A stretch of DNA of 64,000 nt, taken from contig OX597814.1 of the NCBI GenBank assembly GCA_951406725.2, positions 150,040,001-150,104,000 of the forward strand. Direction: 5' to 3'. Source of the stretch: Octopus vulgaris (lineage: Eukaryota). The notes beneath the pieces were generated by a model. That model did not search any database. It was not told the origin of the DNA and saw only the letters and a list, made by a program, of their open reading frames with translations. Numbering within the stretch: the first letter of the stretch is position 1; each line of letters opens with the position of its first letter. Made by a program: the position numbers and the translations under genes. Below, piece after piece: positions 36,839-48,320 of this stretch.

Positions 36839-37048
36839 TGAGGGGGTGCTGAAAAGTTCATGGTCTTGGGTAAAAGAAAATACAAGAGGATCAGTTAATT
36901 ATGATTCTAGTCAACATACTCCCTGCTCAGATTCACACTTATTGCAATGGTCCTTCAGTTTTTCTAAGCTCTGTAAAAGAACTCGGAATGTTGGACGTCC
37001 AACAAGGCCTTTTGCAATACCTTTAAAGCTTGGAACTTGTCAGCACAC

Positions 37049-37053
<5 letters not shown>
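36839..37053. mobile_element. mariner-like MITE
   Basis: TIRs tgagggggtgctgaaaagttc / gaacttgtcagcacaccctta in TA context. Confidence 0.75.
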
Positions 37054-37092
<39 letters not shown>

Positions 37093-37261
37093 CACCCACT
37101 ACACTCATGGAGTGGTTGGCGTTAGGAAGGGCATCCAGCCGTAGAAACATTGCCAGATCAAACTGGGCCTGGTGCAGCCTTCTGGCTTCCCAGACCCCAG
37201 TTGAACCATCCAACCCATGCTAGCATGGAAAGCGGACGCTAAACGATGATGATGATGATGA

Positions 37262-37323
<62 letters not shown>

Positions 37324-37325
<2 letters not shown>

Positions 37326-37627
37326 AGGCGCAATGGCCCAGTGGTTAAGGGGAGTGGACTCGCGGTTGTAGGATCGCGGTTTCGATTCCCAGACCAGGCA
37401 TTGTGAGTGTTTATTGAGCGAAAACACCTAAAGCTCCACGAGGCTCCAGCAAGGGGTGGTGGCAATCTCTGCTGTACTCTTTCACCACAACTTTCTCTCA
37501 CTCTTTCTTCTTTTGGCCTGCTCGCTTAGCCAGCGGGGTGGCATCATTTAAAGGCTAAAACAATGCGAAGTGCATTGTGACCAGCGATGTGTAGCAACAT
37601 CTGATAACCTGGTCGGTCATGGTCATG

Positions 37628-37630
<3 letters not shown>
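37324..37630 (+). mobile_element. tRNA-derived SINE family B
   Basis: ggaggcgcaatggcccagtggttaagg...ggtttcgattccc head; related copy at 48445-48750. Confidence 0.85.
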
Positions 37631-37664
<34 letters not shown>

Positions 37665-38528
37665 CAAATAAGAAAATGGAGAAACAAATTCAGTTTGTTC
37701 AGTATGTTGACATCTATAGGCAAAGAAAAATCAGATTTACTGTTGACCACAGGCTGAAACAGCTGTAAGAAGCAATTTCTGAATTTCAATAATTTACAAT
37801 ATGACTTTTAAAAACTATATTTGTATTATTATATTATCTATTGATTTATATAATATTTTGTATGCTTTTGATGTTCTCATTTGTAAAATGAATAAATAAT
37901 CTAACATTATAATATCCGTAAGTTGATGAACAAACTGAATTTGTTTCTCCATTTTCTTATTTGTATTATAAATTTACGGTAAAAATATTTCTTTTCCTTC
38001 ACCCATTTAATACAATAAATGAATTAATTGCATTGCAATTAAAAACATTTATGTTTTAAGAATTTGGGTACTTTATCAACAGTATATTGGATAAATGATA
38101 TCCCATAGTGGGTCACACCCATAACCCCTATCTTACTTTGTACCCACCCCTTCCCCTCCCTCCCTTCCTCCTTCCTCCCTTTTCTCACTACTGACCTTTG
38201 TCTGCTATGCTGCTGCTATGCTGACCACCGTCTCGCCCTACCTCACACGCCTACACACAGACGCACACACTAATACATACATATATTTTTGTTTTTTACC
38301 TCGCCTCACACACACACATACACACACGCACACGCACACACTCACACATACACACACATCTGTTGCGTTACCAACCTTGTCTCCACTCTTTTGCCTTTAA
38401 AAACCCACTTTGCTCTTGTTATCGTAAACATCCGCCTTTCACCATGTGCTACTCCTAACACCAGCCGTTTTTTCTCTATCTCCGTTGCCCGCTCCGGGAT
38501 CTTTCTTTCCTCTCTCTTCCTTCTTTAT

Positions 38529-38563
38529 GTTTCCGACGAAGAGCTCCGCTCGAAACGTCATAC
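38529..38563 (+). ncRNA. Degenerate minimal hammerhead (PLE type)
   Basis: gttt-CCGACGA-a-gagc(tcc)gctc-GAAAC-GTC-atac. The core has U4->C and stem I has one mismatch. A more decayed relative lies at 34850-34884. Confidence 0.55.
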
Positions 38564-38649
38564 CTCCCTGCTTCCATTTCCTGAGCGCCTATTAATAATA
38601 ATACTGTAATTGTTCCATTGTTGTTGTTTTTTTGTTTCCCGTTTGGATT

Positions 38650-38703
<54 letters not shown>

Positions 38704-38711
38704 CATATATA

Positions 38712-39217
38712 TCTATATATATAAAACTCTAGTTGTGTGAGTGTCTGTCCCCTTCGATTTAGATTCCTAACTCCTCCCACATTTTGCGGTGCAGTTTAAC
38801 CAAATTCGGGTATCTTATAGTCGTGATTCATATCGAGCCCGCCTGACTATTAGCGCGCGTCTACGATGAGTCTACGATTTTAAAAATAATTTAACATCAT
38901 TTTTTATTCCATTTTAATGCATAAAATGCATCGTGTGTCGATGGCGGCGGAGTTGGCGTTCATGGTCACAGCTGCACCTGTTTGCTTCTCCCCCTTCCCT
39001 CCCTCGTGAAGCTGTGGGGAAGGGAGTGTAAAGAAATCAACGTCGTAATGCGTTGTGAAGGAAACCAGCGTTCTTTTAGAACAACGACTTCATGGCTTGA
39101 AGACACCAAAACAAAAATGGCTAAGAAAGCCCGAATTTATAAGGGAAGTAACTCTCTAAACATGCTTATATAGTTATTTCCCTTACAAACCCGAGCAACG
39201 CCGGGCGATACTGCTAG
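38712..39217 (+). mobile_element. Non-autonomous Helitron
   Basis: A|TC-tatatatataaa 5' end; 3' GC hairpin (cccgagcaacgccggg) followed by CTAG|T; no TSD. Confidence 0.8.
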
Positions 39218-39230
39218 TATATATATATAA

Positions 39231-39388
<158 letters not shown>

Positions 39389-40011
39389 GTCACCTTCTGT
39401 GAGTCTCTGCCTACCGAATCTACTCACAGAGCTTTGGTAAGACCAAAACAATCATGAAAGGCACTCGCCCCAGGTGCCACACTGGGACTGAATCCAGAAC
39501 CATAGGGTTGGGAAGCAAACTTCTTACCTCACAGCCGTGCTTGTACCTATAAGCCACGCCTGCTACTATTGTCACGCCTGTGACAATAGTGCATACTATT
39601 TAGTTATTTGATACTGCACACCATGACTACTACTATCAAACAGTGACACTTGATTTATTTTTAATTGTATTTTTTAGTTTAGTGCAGCAGTTTTGAAACT
39701 GTTTGTCATGATTACATTACTGTGGTGCCAACAATCTCTAGGGCTATTGTGAAACTAAATCAAATCTGTTAAATTTTCACTAATATTTCAGATCTGTCAT
39801 TTGCATACAATTTAGGTACATGGACAGGTAGCTTGTGGAATTTTATTTATCAGTTAGTTATTTTATTAATATCATTAATTTTGTATTGCCAACAAAATTT
39901 TATTAATGCGTCATAAGAACACTGCTTCAGTAGTAGTAGTAGTAGTAGTTTTGGTGGTAGTAGTGCGGATGACAGCAGCTGTCACTGCTGCTGCTGCTGC
40001 TGCTGCTACTA

Positions 40012-40077
<66 letters not shown>

Positions 40078-40373
40078 TTACTACTAGTGTTAAGGAGGAT
40101 CTGCCAAAGCCAGAAATACTGTCCTAATTCTCATTAAGTCTTGTGTCATAATAAACCATTAATGTGATTTAGAGTCAATTTTCCCTTCTCTGTACACCTG
40201 TAAATTTCTACCTATGTTAGAAAACTGTGTTAATCTAATCTATAGTAACTTTCCTTCTTCCATTGTTGATATTCTCAGTATAGTTTCAATGTTTCAATTT
40301 TAGAGGTTTATAGAGAAGGAAAAGTTAATTCTAAATCACATTAGTGGTGAGCTACACTTGTAACTTAATGAGA

Positions 40374-41418
40374 CTCAGCTGGCAAAAATGAGTAGTAACT
40401 GTATTTCAAAGGGCCAAAAAGAGTAGTATTTCAAAAGGCAAAAATGAGTAGTATTTAAAAGTGCCAAAATGAGTAGTATTTCAAAAGGCAAAAGTGAGTA
40501 GTATTTAAAAAGGCAAAAATGAGTTGTAGTTCAAAGGGCCAAAATGAGTAGTATTTAAAAAAGCAAAAATGAGTAGTATTTCAAAGGGCCAAAATGAGTA
40601 GTATTTAAAAAAGCAAAAATGAGTAGTATTTCAAAGGGCCAAAATGAGTAATATTTAAAAAAGCAAAAATGAGTAGTATTTCAAAGGGCCAAAATACGTA
40701 GTATTTCAAAACGCAAAATTGAGTAGTATTTCAAAGGGCCAAAATGAGTAGTATTTCAAAAGGCCAAAATGAGTAGTATTTCAAAAGGCCAAAATGAGTA
40801 GTATTTCAAAAGGCAAAAATGAGTAGTATTTCAAAAGGCAAAAATGGGTAGTATTTAAAATGGCAAAAATGAGTTGTAGTTCAAAGGGCCAAAATGAGTA
40901 GTATTTCAAAGGGCCAAAATGAGTAATATTTAAAAAAGCAAAAATGAGTAGTATTTCAAAGGGCCAAAATACGTAGTATTTCAAAATGCAAAAATGAGTA
41001 GTATTTCAAAGGGCCAAAAATGAGTAGTATTTCAAAGGGCCAAAATGAGTAGTATTTCAAAAGGCAAAAATGAGTAGTATTTCAAAAGGCAAAAATGGGT
41101 AGTATTTAAAATGGCAAAAATGAGTTGTAGTTCAAAGGGCCAAAATGAGTAGTATTTCAAAGGGCCAAAATGCGTAGTATTTCAAAAGGCAAAAATGAGT
41201 AGTATTTCAAAGGGCCAAAATGAGTAGTATTTCAAAAGGCAAAAATGAGTAGTATTTCAAAGGGCCAGCCTTGTCACATTTGTCATCCTGAATATCTCTA
41301 AGAATATTGAGGATATGTCTGTAGAATGCTCGGCCACTTGCACATTAATTTCACGAGCAGTTTGTTCCATTGAAGGGACCAACTGGAACCCTCATTGTTG
41401 TAACTGATAGAGTTCCAG
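40374..41418 (+). repeat. 25-bp minisatellite (~35 units, aaaatgagtagtatttcaaagggcc) expanded inside a truncated SINE
   Basis: Array at ~40383-41266. Its flanks match the SINE at ~63625-63800; TSD-like ttaatgaga on both sides. Confidence 0.9.
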
Positions 41419-41510
41419 TTAATGAGAGGAAGCAGGATGGTACCCATATCTATTTGTTTTGTTGTTTATTTGTTGTATTTACCTGACATTTTTGTTTCCT
41501 GTTTTCAAAG

Positions 41511-41842
41511 GGCTTGTCCACGAGGAGTAGAGAGGAAGCATTTTTTGAGAATTTTAGTCCATTGCCAAAAGTAAAAGATGAAGTGGGAGCTATTCCAGTA
41601 CCTCCAGAAGCTTCTCTTTCAAATGCATTATTCGATGAGTTCTTTCATGGTGGACATTGCAAGGAATCAAAGTTTGTCTGTGACTATTATCACCCCAAAA
41701 CTAAAAACAAAACAGACTTGCTTCAGGACCTAGTCCCTGAATCTTTGAAGCTTAAAGAACCAAAGAACATTCTTTCTAATGATAATGACTATCTTGATGA
41801 TAATTTGAATGCAGTGAAAGAAACTGTGATAACAGGAAGGAG
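41511..41842 (+). CDS. MINDY4: MINDY4 coding exon (linker)
   Basis: gttttcaaag|GGC TTG...AGG AG|gtaagg, 332 nt open frame, phase 0/2; corresponds to ORF 41514..41846. Confidence 0.82.
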
Positions 41843-42441
41843 GTAAGGGACTAATTATATGTTTTTGTCTTTCTTTATTTATGCTATTTCTTCATTTTAG
41901 TGAGGATTTTCTAAACAATTTCTAAACAATTTTGTTGTTCTGAATATCAAGATATTCGCATATCGTGCTGGAGAAAAGAAATACGTTAACCCTTTCGTTA
42001 CTGTATTTATTTTAAGATGCTCTGTGTTTCATTCAATTATTTTAAATATAACAAAGAATTTAGTAAAATAACTTAGTTATCATTAAGCTAGTGTTAGGAA
42101 CATAAATTGCGACTAAGGTTTGGTGGTATATTTTAATGAAAAACTTATGAAAACAAGACATTTGTACTACAGGGCCAGAGCCAGTTTTGGCTGGGTTGGT
42201 AATGAAAGACTTAATGGCAGCATATTGTGTGGACATCATGGATTTGACAGTGCCATGAGAGCTTTTATTAAAGAAATGAAGCTAGGTAGTTGCTCTTATG
42301 GAGCAACTACATATGCCTTTTCTACAGATCATGTAGGGTCATCTACCTGAATGGATTTGTTATTTGTCTGCTCTCCTATTTACTAAAACTTTGGTTCACT
42401 TTGCTCTTCTTTATATTTTCACTTTTTCTCCACATTTTCAG

Positions 42442-42589
42442 GAGTTCCTCTGTTGAGACATTAAAGGGTTTAAGTATAGAAGATGTTGATGATTCTGAAT
42501 TCTTAGACTTTACAGTACCCTCATCAAGAACTTCTCAAACAGCTCCCATGTCTACTGTAAGAAAACCAATAGATCTCAATACTGCTATG
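42442..42589 (+). CDS. MINDY4: MINDY4 coding exon
   Basis: cattttcag|G AGT...ATG|gtaagt, 148 nt, phase 2/0. SSSVETLKGLSIEDVDD...RKPIDLNTAM resembles MINDY4 GALRLEDVED...SKPIDLSVAK. Confidence 0.92.
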
Positions 42590-44519
42590 GTAAGTGATAA
42601 ATGTTACAGATATTAACTGTTTCTTTAGTTGTTTAATTTTGAAAAATATGTGAAATCCCATTTGATACCAAGCTGCCTGTGATCACCTCTTGTTCTCTGA
42701 TTCAAACTTCCTGTTAAAATGTTATCTAAATTCAAATCTTCTATCAAAATTTCGTGTTAATTTGTGTTACAAATATCACATTAATAATCCTTTCTACTAA
42801 AGGCACATGGCCTGAAATTTTAGGGGAGGGGATTAGTCGATTACATTGACCCCAGTGCTTCACTGGTACTTAATTTATTTACTTTATCAACCCCACGAGG
42901 ATGAAAGGCAAAGTTGACCATGGTGAAATTTGAACTCAGAACATGAAGGGGAACAAAATGCTGCTAATCCTTTTTCCTTGTGTGCTAATGATTCTGCCAA
43001 CTCGCTGCTTTAAATATCACATTAATAATGGTTTCAAATTTTGGCACAAGGCCAGCAATTTTAGTGGGAGGGGACTAGTTGATTATATCAACCCCAGTGT
43101 TCAACTGGTACTTATTTTATCAACCCCGAAAAGATGAAAGCAAAGTCAGCCTTGGCAGAACTTGAACTCAACTCAGAACATAAAAAGCTGAAAGAGATAC
43201 CGCCAAGTATTTTATCCTTAAAAATGCTGCACTAATAATGATGAAGAAAATTCTTCATTACTTTCAAAATTGATTGAAATAGAGGAAGTGTATTTCAATT
43301 GAAATATAGTGAAAAAATTATTCTGGTTAGAATTTTGTCTCTCAGTCTTGACTTTAAAATTTCAAGGTGATGAATTAGCAGAATAATTAGAATGCTGGAT
43401 ACAACATCCAGCAGTATTTGTTCTGATTCTTTTCACTCTGTGTTCAAACCCTGTTGCAATCAATTTTTTCTGTTATCTTTCTGAGGTCAGTAAAAATGCA
43501 CCAATCCAGGACAGTGGATTTTTTTATCTTTTATTTTTTTTTGACTGTTCTCGTCATTTGATTGTGGCCATGCTGGGGCACCACCTTGAAGAGCTTTAGT
43601 TAAACAAATCGACTTTTTTGTTAAGCCTGGTACTTATTCTATTGACCTCTATTTGCTGAACTACTAAGTTATGAGGACATAGATACACCAACACTGGTTG
43701 TCAAGTGGTGAAGGGGTAAAAACACAAACATAAAGACACACACACACACACACACACACACATATGTGCATATATATATATATATACATATATACATGTG
43801 TGTGTGTGTGTGTATGATGGGCTTCTTTCAGTTTCTGTTTACTGAATCCACTCACAAGGCTTTGGTTGGCCCAAGGCTATAGTAGAAAATACTTGCCCAA
43901 GGTGCCACACAGTGGGACTGAACCTGGAACCATGTGGTTTGGAAGCAAGCTTTCTACCACCCACCCATGCTTGTGGTTTGTGGAACTATAAGAAACTTAC
44001 ACAGGATATCTTGTGGTATTTATTCCAGCTCTTTGTATTCTGTGTTTAAAATCCCTCCCAGTCCTACATAGGTAGGTCATAACCTGTCAACCAGTTTAGC
44101 ACTATCATCTGATACCTTGGGTTCCTTTAGAAGATTCCACTCTGTTGTAAGAATTTGGGCCAGCCTCTTTCTCTCTCTCCTATCAGTCTTGGAGGCTCTG
44201 TAAAAAGTTATGGGCACTGCCTTCCTCTTAACTGAAAGATAAAAAGAAATACAAATAACTATGATTCATTGATGTACTGTAGAACACAGGTGCACCACAG
44301 ATATTTGAAAATATAATCTGCTTCAGAAAATCCATATTAAGGCTGAAGCATCCTTTCAAATATGTTATTCATAATTTTTGTGATTATCACACAATTATGA
44401 TTATTAAAAGTAGAGAAGCAATGATTTTTAAAAATGTTTTTCTCTAAAATTTTAACTTCAAAACATTGTTGGTTTTTAAAAAAATTTCTTACAAAGTGTA
44501 CCAGTAATTTCTAATTAAC

Positions 44520-44755
44520 CAAAGAAAATGCATCAGTAGTTTTTGATTCTCCATGCAGACTGCATCTGTTACTTTTACTTTTCCATGCAACATGCACTAG
44601 TAATTTTTAATTCCTCATTAAAGTGCATGAGTAATTTTTAATTTTCCATGCAAAATGCACCAGTAAATTTTAATTTTCCATGCAAAATGCACCAGTAAAT
44701 TTTAATTTTCCATGTACCAGTGAATTTAAATTTTCCATGCACTTGTAAATTTTTG
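44520..44755. repeat. Degenerate ~31-bp tandem repeat (ttttccatgcaaaatgcaccagtaaattttaa)
   Basis: About 7 diverged units are visible. Confidence 0.75.
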
Positions 44756-47309
44756 TTTGATTGCCTATGTACCACAGTGTCAAAAAGATTGAGAACTTCT
44801 GGCCTTAACTTAAGAGTAACTTAAGGATAACTTTCTGATATTATAGACAGAAATTTTATTTTACATTTTCACTGCTATTTTAATACTTTTCACTGGAGGT
44901 CAATGAAAACTAAAGAATAGAAATTAGGGTCAGTTCCATTATTCTAGTCAGTTCCCACAACAAGAAGAGGATATACTAAATCTTAAAATTAAAAGAAAAA
45001 TATTTTAAACTTACAATGGGTTTTATTTTCTTCATTACTACAAAAGAAACGGATTAAATCAGATCTACTCTCTGATTTTAAGAATATGAAGTATATGGAA
45101 TAAATTCTACCTAACAGAAACAAAATGAATGGACCAATTATTTTGACAGAGTCTTCCAGTTTACTTGACACCAGTAGAATTGATTAGAGTTATGGATGAT
45201 GATATTTGCCAGGTATTCAGTTGAGCTGAGAGGAAAGCGAGAAGAATACAATGAACCAAGAAGATATTTATCTTGTCTTGATGTACATTCTACACTTTGA
45301 CAGCAATTTGGAATCAAGAGAAATGGCTCAAATAAAAGAAATAAATATTTCTTTGATTTATTACAAAATAAAGAGAGAGAAAAAACATGCATAGTATTTC
45401 ATCTTTTTGTTTTACCTTTTTTTAGTAATTGGAGTGTGGTCATGCTTGAGCACTGACTTGAAGGATTTAGCCAAACAAATTGACTCCAGTGCTTTTTTTT
45501 TTAAAGCCTGGTATTTATTCTGTTAGTCTATCTTGCTGAACCACTAAGTCATAGGGATGTAAACTAATTAACAGTAGTTGTCAAGTGATGGTAGGGGATA
45601 AACACAAAGACAACTGACAAAAAGATACACACACATATATACATACACTCACCCTCCACACAGTTTCCATCTACCAAATTCACTTACAAAGCATTGGTCA
45701 GCCTGGGGATGTAACAAAAGACACTTGCCTAAGGTGCAGTGCAGTGGCACTGAACCCAAAACCATTTGGTTGCAAAGTGAGATTCTTAATCACATGGGCC
45801 TTGCCTGCTCTTAGTTTATATTTACAAGTCTTTATTTCTTTTCTATGCGATACAATAAATCAGTCTCAGTTGGACAGTTCAAGTTTTACAGTGGAAAGTT
45901 GGCATTGTCTTTAGATTGTCGGATAGAATGCTTTCTGGAATTTGTTCTGACATTCTGCATTCTGAGACTAAATCTTGCCAAGGTCCACTTTAACTGTCAT
46001 CCTTTTAGGGGGTCAAAAGAAAAAAGTACAAAACAAAGTAGGAGGAAGGCCTTGAAACCCACTTACAACATCCCTCTCCAATGCAGCCTTCATTTTTTTT
46101 TAAGTGAACAGAATGTGATTTGAGAAAAGTTTTGTTACTGATATTTCTAGCAGATTGAGTGACCATGTAGAGGCTTCCTCATTGGCTTCTACTCATGTAT
46201 GATGATTATTGGAATTGTCAAATTGTTGGATTGTATGCTTTGCAATATTTGTTCCTGGTCTTTGCGTTCTGAGTTCAAATCTTGCCATGCCTATGTGGAG
46301 TGGTACACTTAATCAGTTGCCCAATTTTACACCACAGCCCAGGACCTTGGATGCTTTTAACAGAGTCCACTCTGTTGCATTCCAACCAGGCCTCTCATTT
46401 GAGGATGCTTTCCTCCTTCTCTTCTTCCAATAAGTCATGGAGGCCCAGTAAAGGGTCAGAGGCACTATTTTCCCTGATGACTAAACGATAAAAAAGTATG
46501 TAGCATACCACCTTTTTACTTTAAGAAGAAACGGTTGCCCCTTAATCAGCCCTTTTCCATTTCTGAAGAGGAGGATGCTGTAAGTGGGTTTCAAAGCCTT
46601 CCTCACTGTGCAGTGTTGCTAATTCAGAGAGAGAGGGGGACAGAGAGACAGACAGAAGAATCGACTCCAGTACATATCTAGTACTTCATTTATTGACCCC
46701 AAGAAGAATGGAAGGTAAAGCTGACCATAGCAGGATTTGAACTCTGAGTAGAGATAACTGGAACAAATACTGGAGTCTGCTTTCCATTTTCCCTCTGAGA
46801 AACTAAAGTAGGCAGAGTTACGTACCTTGCTGAAATAATCACAGTTGTTATGATACAATGTCATCACTAGCTTTGTATCCTTCTGTTACAGCATTATTGA
46901 TTTGGTGTAATCCATAAATAAGCAATATTCCACGAAGGAGCTGAAGGAAATAAATGAAATATTAAGCTGGAACAGCTAAGGTTGTTGTTGTTGTTGTCAT
47001 CGTGTAGTATTTGTTGTTTTGTATCAGTTCAATTGCAATCCAATAAATCTGTGATTTAAAGTGTTCCAGCCACCATCATTCATCTTTGAAGTACTAGATA
47101 TGCACTGGAGTCAATTCTTCTGTCTGTCTGTTTGTCCCCCTTCCCTCTCTGAATTGCTTACACTGCACTGTGAGGAAGGCCTTGAAACCCACTTACAGCA
47201 TCCTTCCCCAATGCATCCTTCCTTTTCTTTAAGTGAACAGAGTGTGATTTGAGAAATCTTTTGTTACTGATATTTCTAGCAGATTGAGTGACCATGTAGA
47301 AGCTTCCTC

Positions 47310-48320
47310 ATACCGTTCTCAACTCTGGGTTGTAAGACCATCATGTCTCAGGTCTTGGTTTTGAATTGTCATCAATGCTTTGGTAACTTTGCTTTTTTCC
47401 AGGTAAGGGTGTTGGCAAACCCATTTTTACCTCTAGGAATAGGTGGTCTATCATTGTATGTATGGCCTCTATCCTTTCATGTTCAGCATGGAAGGCCCCT
47501 ACCAGGATCTTTAACTCTACTGGCATAGCTCTCAGTGTCAATAAGGTACCTAAACCACCACACTTGTGGTGGCCATTGCCCTAGAGAAGTATTTTATTTT
47601 ACTGACCCTGAAAGAATAAAAGGCAAATTTGACTTTGGTAGTATTTGAACTCAGAATGCAGAGAGATGAAACAAATACTGAAAGATATTTTCCATGCTCT
47701 AATGATTCTGCCAGTTCACTAAAGTATATCACACTGTTGCTACAGTATGATGTCACTAGAAATGGTAACAATGTTGTTAAGGGTCATAACACTATTGCTG
47801 TTGTTTGACCCCATATCAGCTTTAATTGAACAAAACATTCCAGCCATGGTTGTCTACCCTGTATATCAGCCATGCATACTGAAGCAACAGTGTGATGTTC
47901 TTTAGTGAACTGGAAGAATCATTAGAGCATGGGGAAAATATCTTGCAGTATTTGTTTCATCTCTCTGCATTCTGGGTTCAAATGCTACCAAAGTCAAATT
48001 TGCCTTTTATTCTTTCAGAGTCAATAAAAAAAAATACTACTCTAGGGCAATGGCCATCACAAGTGTGGTGATTTAAGTACCTTAATGACCCTGAGGGCTA
48101 TGCCAGTAGAGTTAAAGATCCTGGTAGGTGCCTTCCATGCTGAACAAATGAAAGGATAGAGGCCATACAATGATAGACCACCTATTCCCAGAGGTAAAAA
48201 TGGGTTTGCATAGGGCCAACACTCCTACTTGGAAAGAAGCAAAGTTACCAAATCATTGATGACAATTCAAAACCAAGACCTAAGAGATGATGGCCTTACA
48301 GCCCAGAGTCGAGAACAGTG
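47310..48320. repeat. Long inverted repeat, ~390-bp arms (47310-47702 / 47922-48320)
   Basis: For example tcagaatgcagagagatgaaacaaatactg vs cagtatttgtttcatctctctgcattctg, and gttctcaactctggg vs cccagagtcgagaac. Confidence 0.85.

Noticed and set aside
37324-37400. tRNA genes at SINE heads (also ~1430, 48445, 60523)
   Set aside because: They have A/B boxes but no complete cloverleaf, and continue into SINE bodies.
39792-39827. 36-nt AG/GT-flanked segment as an extra MINDY4 exon
   Set aside because: In-frame TAG in the required phase 0, with no other support.
40383-41266. CRISPR-like regular repeat
   Set aside because: Head-to-tail units with no unique spacers, eukaryotic context and no cas genes; it is a minisatellite.
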